Part shown: one piece after another, positions 17,923 through 26,188 of the stretch
Numbering within the stretch: position 1 is the first letter of the stretch
How the letters are laid out: each line of letters opens with the position of its first letter
Virus record (IMG/VR): IMGVR_UViG_3300021964_000060
Location: 1 to 62,021 of that record
Strand: one strand, 5' to 3'
DNA from: a virus
Taxonomy: Duplodnaviria; Caudoviricetes
Length of the DNA: 62,021 nucleotides
The notes under the pieces: model-generated
Seen by the model: only the letters and a program-made list of their open reading frames with translations
Databases searched by the model: none
What the model was told of the DNA's origin: nothing
Program-made: the position numbers and the translations under genes

Positions 17923-19773
17923 TTAATTACCTTCTAAAGCGAGAATGTAAGGAGTCATAATTGCGAATAGTGATCTATCAAACGTTTCACCCTCGATGAT
18001 ACCGTCTGTTCTATTAATCGACAAATCACCGCCAATTCTAAAATCGCCCCTTTGGTCTGTTGATGTGAAATATACCTGTCCTTGATTATTTGTATCTTGT
18101 TCAACTTCATGTTGTTGAATTGGGAAAGCCCCAGCTTGTGGGGTATCATACAAACTAACACCTGTGCCTACATATTCAAATGTAATTGAAGATGCAGCAA
18201 TTAAACTTCTTTGATGAAATGTAATTGACAATGATGAAGAAATATTATCAACTAGTGTTTCTCTAAATCCTATTTTATAATTTCCATTTTGCAATTCAGC
18301 CACAGTTTCAACAGTATAATAAGTTGAAATTCCTTGAAATTGCATTACATCTCCATACCTTGGTTTTTGTGTAGGAGAGCTAATTGTAATACTTGTATCT
18401 ACATTGGCTACCGAACTTGATTGTGTTGTACCTGTATATAGTGATGGGCCTGCACCCGTTGCTCTTAACCCATAATTACCGAATCCACAATTTGAGTTTG
18501 TTAAAGAGCATTGTCCGCCTGATTCAGCAAGAATTCCTATATGACATGAAACAGTAAAGATTGATACTAATTGTGCATAACCGCCATTTAATAGGTGTAC
18601 ACCAATTCCGCCTCCAGAAATTTCTGTGGGCAATGATGATAAACCATTATTAATCACATCAATTATGATTTGAACATTAGACACCGATTGTGCTGAAGAA
18701 CCTGCTTCAGCATCTGCTCCTGATGTATTTTGAGTTGAAGAGGCTTGATATGTCCCATCTGAAGGGGATGTTTTTAGCAACGCATCTTCAATCAAATCTC
18801 TAGTTTTTTGAAGAGCAGCCGCAGTTTCATCTTGTTGTCCAGAAATTCTACTAACTCCATTTGGGGCATAATATAATTTCGCAGCAATTATTGAATGGGC
18901 ATTTGATGATACATATTGAGATTCTTCTAAATCTTTAATTATAGCATCTACAATCAAACCTGTATCTCTATAGCATTTTTCTTCATCATATACAAATGAG
19001 GAAGTAAAAGGAGCTGTATTTGTCCCAATTTGTTCATTAATCCATGCAATAGTTTCATCCTGTATCCATTCTCTATTGTTTGCAAGTAGAGTAGTTGCGT
19101 TAGGATGATTTGATGTTGGTGCACCATTTATTTGTGTGAATGAATCAGAAACCATTGATTTCAATCCTGATGAAAGATTTCCGTCAATTCTCATTCCTGT
19201 TCCACCATTTTGTGTTAATGATGTACAATTTTCAATATAAGGAGAAACGTATACACCGGAAGTAGTCATACCTCCAGGAGGAAAAGATATTGCAGCAGCA
19301 CCTGATGCCATATTTCTGAATGTGAAGTTTGTTAAGTAACATGCTTGATTTACGTAAAATAAATCATTTGTTACGTCAACACCACTAATAGAAGTTGTTC
19401 TTAAGTTATCGCCATATAATGATACATTGGAAGGTATTTCGATGCCACCGTTAGAGTTATCGAGTACATAATCTCCGCTTTTTACAAAAATGGTTGTGCC
19501 TGATGATGCAGCAGAAAGAGCTGCTTCAATTGTTAGGAATGATGTTGAAATTGTTGCACCATCGTGTGCATCATTTCCAGTTTTTGATACATATAAAACA
19601 TTTGATGTTGAATCTGGCTTACCTACCTCTATGATAGACACAGCGCCATTAGCATCTCTTTTGAGATACATTTTACCATCATGGGTATTGATGGCGACTT
19701 CGCCTAACTGTAAATCCCCAGCAGCAGGCACCCGCCCTGCAATGGCACTTCTTTTTAACTTAACGGTTGACAT
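17923..19773 (-). CDS. Tail fibre/tailspike (616 aa): gp37-like N-terminus, pectin-lyase-like beta-helix, inserted helical C-x-R-D domain
   Basis: N-terminal KLKRSAIAGRVPAAGDLQLGEVAINTHDGKMY resembles the T4 gp37 N-terminal motif (recalled as [24 protein letters not shown]). LYVSKTGND..G...FLTIEAAL..A.SGTTIFVKSGDY is a typical beta-helix cap. Confidence 0.8.
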   Translation of the reverse strand: MSTVKLKRSAIAGRVPAAGDLQLGEVAINTHDGKMYLKRDANGAVSIIEVGKPDSTSNVLYVSKTGNDAHDGATISTSFLTIEAALSAASSGTTIFVKSGDYVLDNSNGGIEIPSNVSLYGDNLRTTSISGVDVTNDLFYVNQACYLTNFTFRNMASGAAAISFPPGGMTTSGVYVSPYIENCTSLTQNGGTGMRIDGNLSSGLKSMVSDSFTQINGAPTSNHPNATTLLANNREWIQDETIAWINEQIGTNTAPFTSSFVYDEEKCYRDTGLIVDAIIKDLEESQYVSSNAHSIIAAKLYYAPNGVSRISGQQDETAAALQKTRDLIEDALLKTSPSDGTYQASSTQNTSGADAEAGSSAQSVSNVQIIIDVINNGLSSLPTEISGGGIGVHLLNGGYAQLVSIFTVSCHIGILAESGGQCSLTNSNCGFGNYGLRATGAGPSLYTGTTQSSSVANVDTSITISSPTQKPRYGDVMQFQGISTYYTVETVAELQNGNYKIGFRETLVDNISSSLSITFHQRSLIAASSITFEYVGTGVSLYDTPQAGAFPIQQHEVEQDTNNQGQVYFTSTDQRGDFRIGGDLSINRTDGIIEGETFDRSLFAIMTPYILALEGN

Positions 19774-19795
19774 CTGTCCTCACCTTATGTATAAT

Positions 19796-19862
19796 CGCTA
19801 TATAGCGCAAAAAACAATAAACTTTTGAATAATTTGTTATATAACAAATGTGCTATTCAAAA
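19796..19862. promoter_or_regulatory. Palindromic leader: 12-bp palindrome plus a 40-nt extended hairpin, both centred on TATATA
   Basis: cgctatatagcg at 19796-19807. atttgttatataacaaat at 19832-19849, extended by ttttgaata (19823-19831) pairing with tattcaaaa (19854-19862). Confidence 0.7.
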
Positions 19863-19863
19863 A

Positions 19864-19871
19864 TATTTATA
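19864..19871 (-). promoter_or_regulatory. T4-type late promoter TATAAATA
   Basis: tatttata at 19864-19871, immediately after the stop of 19872..21785. Confidence 0.8.
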
Positions 19872-21785
19872 TTAGTATGTTCCACCATCAATTGTATCGA
19901 CTGTAACATGGCCTACCGGTGTAACATCAAAGTTTGTAGAATCAAATGATGCAACGCCAGGAAGTCCCGGAGTCACGCCTGCATTTCTAGCATCAATAAC
20001 ATATAACCCACCTTCCGTTTGTGCGTTACTAGTTGTTACTAGAATTCCATTATTTCCAGAAATTTCAGCGGCGTAATTACCTGTTGTGTCAGTCCCTAAT
20101 GCAACACTATCAGCTTGAATAGTTGTTGTAATTACTGCATTATTCGAACCATTAAACGATACAGTACCTGAAACATCTCCAATTAATTGAATATCTCGAG
20201 CCGTTTCTAATGTTGTTGCCGTACTTGCATTGCCCGTTACATTACCTGTAAATGTGGCATTTGTTCCGTTTGTTCCGCTTTCTAAAACTTTTACGCCATT
20301 ATCAGCAAGAATATCACCAGTCAAATCACCAGTTACGTCACCTGTAAATGTAGCATCAGACCCATCGGTACCACTCTCTAAAATTTTAGTTGAACCGTCA
20401 CTTGCGTAAACATCACCTACTAAATCACCAAAAACTGTACCGACCTGTATATCTGCAAAAGAATAACTCGGATCCGTATCATCAATAAATGCACCAATTG
20501 TTAAAGACGCATCATAACCATCGAATATTTTGAATCTAGATGTAGACGCATCATAATACAAACCAGCATTTTCAGCAAGAGATGTGTTCGCAGGGAATAG
20601 GTTATATGTTCCAACAAAACCTAAATCGGGTGATGTTGATGTACTATTCGCATTTAAGAAAATAATGTTATCGTCAACAGCAAGTGTTGATGTACTAATC
20701 GCAACCGAGTTACCTTGAACGGTTAAGTCACCTACGATAATTGTATTGCCGCCAACCTCTAAATTATTATTAATTTTGGTTGTGCCTGTACCAGACGCTT
20801 TACCAATTTGAATATCTTCGTTATCAGTAAATACTGTTACAGGTGATGTGTTATTAGTTGAAACAATATTTGTTGTTGTGACCGTAGGTGCTGTTACTGA
20901 AGTTGCACTTACTGTGTTAAATGATGCAGCACCTGCTGAATCAGTTGTAATTAAAATTTGGTCATCAGTTACTGCAGTTTTAATGCCCGCATCACCTTTA
21001 ACATTTAAAGTTCCATTTAAAAGAGAAACTGTGTCTGTTCCGGTATTACCTGCAATTGAAAGTGACGTAGAAATTGATACAGTATTTGCGGCAGTTAATC
21101 GACCTTGTGCATCAACTGTAAATGTCGGAATATTTGTTGCATCACCATATGAGCCTGCAGTAACCGCTGTATTATCTAAAACAATATCAATTTGATTATC
21201 AGTAACAGTAGTAGAAATTCCTGTGTTACCGGAAAGTGTAAGTGTTTGACCTAATGCAATTGTATCATTAGTGCCATTATCTGCAGATAGTGTTAAACCA
21301 CCTGATGTTAGTCCTGTAATTTGGTCATCAACGTACTTTTTGTTAGCTGCTTCAAAATTACTAGATGGTGTTGCTAGGTTAATAATCTTATGATCTGTAA
21401 CATCAATTCTATAAATTTGATTATTTGATGTTCCAAATTGTAAATTATTTGTACCTGTTGACGCAACTTTAATACCGTTGATATCAATATTATCAACTAA
21501 TAGTTGGTCAATTTTCTTGTCAGATCCTGTGATTATTGCTGCACTAGCAGTTAATGTACCTAATTGATGATCTAGTAAGCCCGTATAGTATGCACCACCA
21601 ACAGTAACGATATTTGATGCATGACCATTTGCGTCCTCAACACCTGAACCGATGTAAAGTTTTTGACCACCTGTCCATGGTGCCGTATTTGCTGCATACG
21701 GATGATATGAATATGCTAATTCACCACTCGCTAGATTGCTAGGTGCTCCGCTTACACCAGATCGTTTTATCTTGATGGTGCTCAT
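19872..21785 (-). CDS. Tail fibre protein (637 aa)
   Basis: N-terminal IKIKRS....P..L.SGELAYS, NLATPSSNFEAANKKYVD, VTAGSYG..TNIPTFTVDAQGRLT, GNASTATTLETARDI and C-terminal IDGGTY fibre motifs; internal duplications. Confidence 0.85.
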   Translation of the reverse strand: MSTIKIKRSGVSGAPSNLASGELAYSYHPYAANTAPWTGGQKLYIGSGVEDANGHASNIVTVGGAYYTGLLDHQLGTLTASAAIITGSDKKIDQLLVDNIDINGIKVASTGTNNLQFGTSNNQIYRIDVTDHKIINLATPSSNFEAANKKYVDDQITGLTSGGLTLSADNGTNDTIALGQTLTLSGNTGISTTVTDNQIDIVLDNTAVTAGSYGDATNIPTFTVDAQGRLTAANTVSISTSLSIAGNTGTDTVSLLNGTLNVKGDAGIKTAVTDDQILITTDSAGAASFNTVSATSVTAPTVTTTNIVSTNNTSPVTVFTDNEDIQIGKASGTGTTKINNNLEVGGNTIIVGDLTVQGNSVAISTSTLAVDDNIIFLNANSTSTSPDLGFVGTYNLFPANTSLAENAGLYYDASTSRFKIFDGYDASLTIGAFIDDTDPSYSFADIQVGTVFGDLVGDVYASDGSTKILESGTDGSDATFTGDVTGDLTGDILADNGVKVLESGTNGTNATFTGNVTGNASTATTLETARDIQLIGDVSGTVSFNGSNNAVITTTIQADSVALGTDTTGNYAAEISGNNGILVTTSNAQTEGGLYVIDARNAGVTPGLPGVASFDSTNFDVTPVGHVTVDTIDGGTY

Positions 21786-22006
21786 TAGTAATTGCCTCCG
21801 TTAATCTTTGTATTTATGTTTTCGATTGTCTGTGTGGACTCCCATTTTCCGGTCGACTCACTATAAACTAGCAACGCACCATCATTTACGTTATTCGTAT
21901 CAACATCAAATAGATCACCGATTCTAATAGAACCGCCGCTAACATTATAATTAGTTACGAGCAATTTTTGTTGAGGATTAACTGTTGCTTTTATTTTATC
22001 AGCCAT
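21785..22006 (-). CDS. Small fibre-associated protein (73 aa)
   Basis: IGDLFDVD..NVNDGALLVY...GKW repeat motif. Ends INGGNY, like the neighbour's IDGGTY. TAATG coupling. Confidence 0.75.
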   Translation of the reverse strand: MADKIKATVNPQQKLLVTNYNVSGGSIRIGDLFDVDTNNVNDGALLVYSESTGKWESTQTIENINTKINGGNY

Positions 22007-22007
22007 T

Positions 22008-22343
22008 TTAGATCCTTGTAATACCAGGAGTTACTACAACTGTTCCTTCAACAACACGAGTTGTCGTATTGGCAGAACTAGTTATTTCAACATCGTATAA
22101 GTATCTTCCTGGCTCTAATTGATTTGTATATTGTCTATCTAGCGATAAAGTTATTTGACCCGCAGCCTGATTGTTACTTGTCACAAAGGTTGCGGCAGGT
22201 GAAGAAGATGCATAGTTTTTTCTCATTTGAGACGCAACTAAATGTCCAGTAAGGTCATAAGGATTACCATCCACATCGCTTAAATCAATAGTTGCTTCAA
22301 AATCTGTACCTTGGTCAATGGTAATATTCGCTTTGATAGCCAT
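22008..22343 (-). CDS. Conserved small virion structural protein (111 aa, Ig-like)
   Basis: ANITIDQGTDF...DLTGH..ASQMRKNY...LEPGRYLYDVEI...TRVVEGTVVVTPGITR pattern. GGAG ribosome-binding site and late promoter upstream. Confidence 0.8.
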   Translation of the reverse strand: MAIKANITIDQGTDFEATIDLSDVDGNPYDLTGHLVASQMRKNYASSSPAATFVTSNNQAAGQITLSLDRQYTNQLEPGRYLYDVEITSSANTTTRVVEGTVVVTPGITRI

Positions 22344-22370
22344 TATTTTCTCCAGTTTAATATCAATTAG

Positions 22371-22382
22371 TATTTATAAATA
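22371..22382. promoter_or_regulatory. Bidirectional late promoter: palindrome TATTTATAAATA
   Basis: TATAAATA on the minus strand (22378-22371) and on the plus strand (22375-22382), lying between divergent ATGs at 22343 and 22416. Confidence 0.85.
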
Positions 22383-22415
22383 ATCATATCACCAATTCTA
22401 ATATTGAGAGGAAAA

Positions 22416-24989
22416 ATGGCCGTAAGAAATAAATATTCCAGATTTGGTCTAAGAGCTGATAAAAACTTATCAGATTTGCCAGACAGTCAGGTAGCTTTAG
22501 GTAATGTCTTAGACGATTTAGTTACGGGCACCCCTTTTAGTGGATTTGATTTAAAAGTTATTGATGGACTCAGAAATACGAATACAACAAAAAGTGACCT
22601 TGCGGAACTTGCAGGGCAAGAGTCTAAATATACCCCAATAACACAACAATTGGGTGAAACAGTTATTGGTGATCCAGAAGTAACAACTCCTGTATTAACA
22701 ATACAAAATGTAATAGACAATAGGAAAACAATTTTAGGCGACCCACCCATTTTTAGAGGCGGTGATGGGCCTAGAGCAACCGTTTTTCCTGGAACAGCTG
22801 TGTCTGCAAATTCTCATATTGGTGTTAGACCTATATTTGATGATACAAACGATTTTAATGTTGTTAGTAAAGATTATTGGTTAGATGGATATTTTGGATT
22901 TAGTGATGGAATACACCCAACCTTTGAGGACAATTTTGGAGGTATTCAATGGGAAGGGTATCTAGGTGTAGCGCAAGATGAAACTATTGGATTGAGAACT
23001 AATGGATACTTCTTAATTGAAAAAGAAGATGGATTAAAAAGATTTGTTCCCATACTATCTAACACAGCAAGCAATAGAACAATTACTCTGCAAGAAAACG
23101 TAACTGCAAATTTAGAATTTAATGTATCAGTAACTTCGAATACAGCTTTTGTTGATGGTGTTGACGAATATAAAAATAGATGGATAGGAAACTGTGTTTT
23201 TGTAAATGATATATTTGTTGCCAATGGAACTACGTATGAAGTAACATCAGTTGAATATGATTTAGATGCAGAAAGAGCAACATCACAGCCCACAATTGGT
23301 ATAACAAAAATTGATGGACCTGAAAATGGTGTTACGGGTATTATCGGTGACGAATTTACTTTACGGAATAAAGTAATTGGCTCTGAAGTACAAGAATTTG
23401 TCATTCCGGGTGATTTATTATTTGATGGGGAACTAAGAGCTTATAAAATGTCACTATGGTGGCCCAAACCTAAAGATATCGACCCAACAGATAACAGGCT
23501 AAACTATCCGTCTAAATGGGCAACTTTTGATTTTGCTGATAATACGAGTTCTAACCCTGCACCTTATGTTTATTGGTATGAAAATCATCCTAATTTAGAT
23601 GGAACATTGTTTTCATATCAATATTTTATTAACAATAAGATTTCTAACAGAAACGAAAGGACAGAAACATTCGTTGAAAGTTCTAAACAAATATTCACAC
23701 AATATAATGCACCCATATTTTGGAAAGATGCTTGGTTGTCAATGGATTTAAGATGGCTAGGTAGAAATAAATTTGAGATTCTTAATAAAGAAACAGGTAC
23801 TGCTACATCTGAAATAGATATTCAAGCGGGTGATAGACTTGTTATTAGCGGGTCTGTAGGCGGTCAAATATCCTTCGTACACTTTACTGTGTATCAAGTT
23901 AATGGTGATATAATTTGGACAAATCCTGTAGGTGAGTCAACACCAGATCAAATTTGGGATTCACTTAGTTTTGTTTGTAATAGTCCAGACGGACCTATGC
24001 CCGTATTAAACGGCACATGCTTTGCGTTTGTGCTAAAAGCCGATGGCCTGCAAGGTATCTATATGGCTAATACTGCCGTTGTCGCAGCTGGGCGTGAAGA
24101 AACCTTTCAATTAATTAATCCATCAGATGCTCCTAATTGTTATAATTTCCCAGGAACTACGAGGTATTCATTAAATAATATTAAAGGTGATAATATAATC
24201 CATTATCCTTATAATCCACCCCAAGTATCTTTTAACGATACCTATATAGCAAATCGTATTGTATCATCTTTCGCAAATACATTAAATGATAGCACGGAAA
24301 GTGCAGATGTTGTTGTACACCCAGTTGACCCAGCCTTTGGAAACTCGGTTGGATTAACAAGTGCAAATAGACCCGTTGCTGTGTATTCACATAGAGGTTT
24401 AGATGACGCATCTGTTACATTACAGTGTGTTGGTGTATTTGGTAAAGAAGTTAAAAACTTTCCGGAGGCACCAGCTGGTACAAATCGAATAGCAGTGGAT
24501 AGTATTGAGGGTATTGATGTAGGAGATTACGTGGAATATAAAGGCATTATTCCCACACCTACTACTGTGACTAATATTATTCAAACTCCGGTAACAATAA
24601 ATGGCGAACAATACCACGAAATTGAGTTGAGCAATAACTTATTCGCTAACCTACCTAACGCATTTACAATTCTATTTATTAAAAATTCAGAAATTAATCG
24701 ATATTCATCACAGGGTGGACTTGTTATTCAAGATGTTAGTTTCTGTGTATTGCCATTTAATACGGCCCCACCATTTTTGGGAACACCTCAAGGACTGTCA
24801 ACATCACTTGAATATCCGCATGTAGACACAGCGGGTGGTAGATTTATTATGGAACAATTTGAATTAGAAGCGAATACATTTCCTATATTTGACCCAGAAA
24901 CCGCAAACTATAATAGAGGCGTGAGAATACAGGATGGGCAAGGAAATACATTCTTTATGATTGGATCTACTATACCTGAAAACCCTTAA
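22416..24989 (+). CDS. Virion structural protein (about 857 aa), possible PA14-like segment; the only plus-strand gene
   Basis: Long ORF with no competing minus-strand gene. ATG 22416 follows GAGAGG (the ORF track uses TTG 22404). GLRADKNLSDL..S..AL.N.L fibre-type N-terminal motif; GGIQWEGYLG..IGLRTNGYFLIE is PA14-like (weak). Confidence 0.8.
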   Translation: MAVRNKYSRFGLRADKNLSDLPDSQVALGNVLDDLVTGTPFSGFDLKVIDGLRNTNTTKSDLAELAGQESKYTPITQQLGETVIGDPEVTTPVLTIQNVIDNRKTILGDPPIFRGGDGPRATVFPGTAVSANSHIGVRPIFDDTNDFNVVSKDYWLDGYFGFSDGIHPTFEDNFGGIQWEGYLGVAQDETIGLRTNGYFLIEKEDGLKRFVPILSNTASNRTITLQENVTANLEFNVSVTSNTAFVDGVDEYKNRWIGNCVFVNDIFVANGTTYEVTSVEYDLDAERATSQPTIGITKIDGPENGVTGIIGDEFTLRNKVIGSEVQEFVIPGDLLFDGELRAYKMSLWWPKPKDIDPTDNRLNYPSKWATFDFADNTSSNPAPYVYWYENHPNLDGTLFSYQYFINNKISNRNERTETFVESSKQIFTQYNAPIFWKDAWLSMDLRWLGRNKFEILNKETGTATSEIDIQAGDRLVISGSVGGQISFVHFTVYQVNGDIIWTNPVGESTPDQIWDSLSFVCNSPDGPMPVLNGTCFAFVLKADGLQGIYMANTAVVAAGREETFQLINPSDAPNCYNFPGTTRYSLNNIKGDNIIHYPYNPPQVSFNDTYIANRIVSSFANTLNDSTESADVVVHPVDPAFGNSVGLTSANRPVAVYSHRGLDDASVTLQCVGVFGKEVKNFPEAPAGTNRIAVDSIEGIDVGDYVEYKGIIPTPTTVTNIIQTPVTINGEQYHEIELSNNLFANLPNAFTILFIKNSEINRYSSQGGLVIQDVSFCVLPFNTAPPFLGTPQGLSTSLEYPHVDTAGGRFIMEQFELEANTFPIFDPETANYNRGVRIQDGQGNTFFMIGSTIPENP

Positions 24990-26179
24990 GGTAGCGGAAC
25001 GTTATTAGCGGTCAATAGTAAGTACATTGTTTCGCCATTAATTTCAACTTCCATTTTATGTGTAAATCCGCCAAATTGTGGTAACTCAACTACGGGTGTT
25101 GAGGCTGCCGTAACTAATATGTCTGAATCATAAAAATTAAATGAAGGTCTAGGGCCTACCATTTTTAGTTTTAAAACTTGAACATCGGTATCACCAACAA
25201 CATTGCTATCAACATATAGCATATCTAAAGTTAATGATGTTCTAGGATTTGTTCTTCTATTTTCTTCCTGGTTCCAAGGATTTGTTGTATCACTAAAGGC
25301 TCTCTTTGATATGCCATTTGCAACAATATATAATCCTGGGAATGTTGTATCATCAAACTCTGGATCTTCTGGATCGAATGAAATATTATCATCATTTGTT
25401 ATTTTTACAAATCCATCTAATGTTAAAGGCCTTGTATAAGAATTATGCCTATAGCTCAATATGGATGAAGATTCTTTAAAATAAAATTGATTGAATGAGT
25501 CATCAATATCATCTGTATATGTAGCGTATGAAGTTGCCTTTAAAAAATTATTATCTGGATCAACTGCGGTTAATACGGCAGGCGTGCCGCCAATGGCTGT
25601 TGGGTCGTCTGTTAAATCCGGATCAATAGGTACAAATGATGCTTCTGGGTTAGACCCATCATTCAAAACTGGCCTATCTTTAGAAAAATTAGTCATATTA
25701 GCCAATAAAACACTATCATCTCTATATAATGTTTTATTTTCCAATAAAGAAAAATCTGCCCATGAATTTCTAGTTCCTACAGTAACACCATCTAAATTAA
25801 AAAGTTGAAATTCTTTTAACGTGTCACTGTTTTTGACAATATGAAATCTTCTGGATCCATCATTGTCAATAACAAAAAGTACTGTATCATTAGAAAAAGG
25901 TACTATATCTCTTCGATTGGTTGCAACAACAAATCTATAATAATCTGTTATATCACCCCCAGAAGTAGCAACAGTATTATTTCCCGTATATAAAACATCT
26001 TGAGCATTTTCAATATTATACTCTGTGATATTAACTTCTTCTCTAGTATTTAAATTATTTGCAAACAACCTAACATCAAGGTTAATGCCTGAACCTGCTA
26101 AATTATCTAAAATAGATCTAGCAGATTTAGCATCTTGTGATTCAAATAAATTTAAAGCTTCTACAAAACCTCTTGCCAT
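24986..26179 (-). CDS. Hypothetical virion protein (397 aa)
   Basis: Long ORF. N-terminal RGFVEALNLFE....A..IL.NL resembles those of the adjacent genes. Stop overlaps the stop of the convergent gene (TTAA 24986-24989). Confidence 0.75.
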   Translation of the reverse strand: MARGFVEALNLFESQDAKSARSILDNLAGSGINLDVRLFANNLNTREEVNITEYNIENAQDVLYTGNNTVATSGGDITDYYRFVVATNRRDIVPFSNDTVLFVIDNDGSRRFHIVKNSDTLKEFQLFNLDGVTVGTRNSWADFSLLENKTLYRDDSVLLANMTNFSKDRPVLNDGSNPEASFVPIDPDLTDDPTAIGGTPAVLTAVDPDNNFLKATSYATYTDDIDDSFNQFYFKESSSILSYRHNSYTRPLTLDGFVKITNDDNISFDPEDPEFDDTTFPGLYIVANGISKRAFSDTTNPWNQEENRRTNPRTSLTLDMLYVDSNVVGDTDVQVLKLKMVGPRPSFNFYDSDILVTAASTPVVELPQFGGFTHKMEVEINGETMYLLLTANNVPLP

Positions 26180-26188
26180 TTTCTTATC

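Noticed and set aside
19796-19815. Hairpin plus A-run as an intrinsic terminator
   Set aside because: On the coding (minus) strand the U-tract precedes the hairpin, and on the plus strand the hairpin is followed by A's, so the geometry is wrong in both directions.
17923-21785. Diversity-generating retroelement targets, suggested by the Mtd/gp37-like N-termini
   Set aside because: No reverse transcriptase, no template/variable repeat pair and no C-type lectin C-terminus seen in this window.
22404-22415. TTG start given by the ORF track
   Set aside because: This stretch contains the GAGAGG ribosome-binding site for ATG 22416.
22344-24989. Invertible (shufflon-type) segment
   Set aside because: No flanking inverted repeats seen by eye and no recombinase in the window. 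The gene has its own promoter and overlapping stops, which suggests a fixed arrangement.
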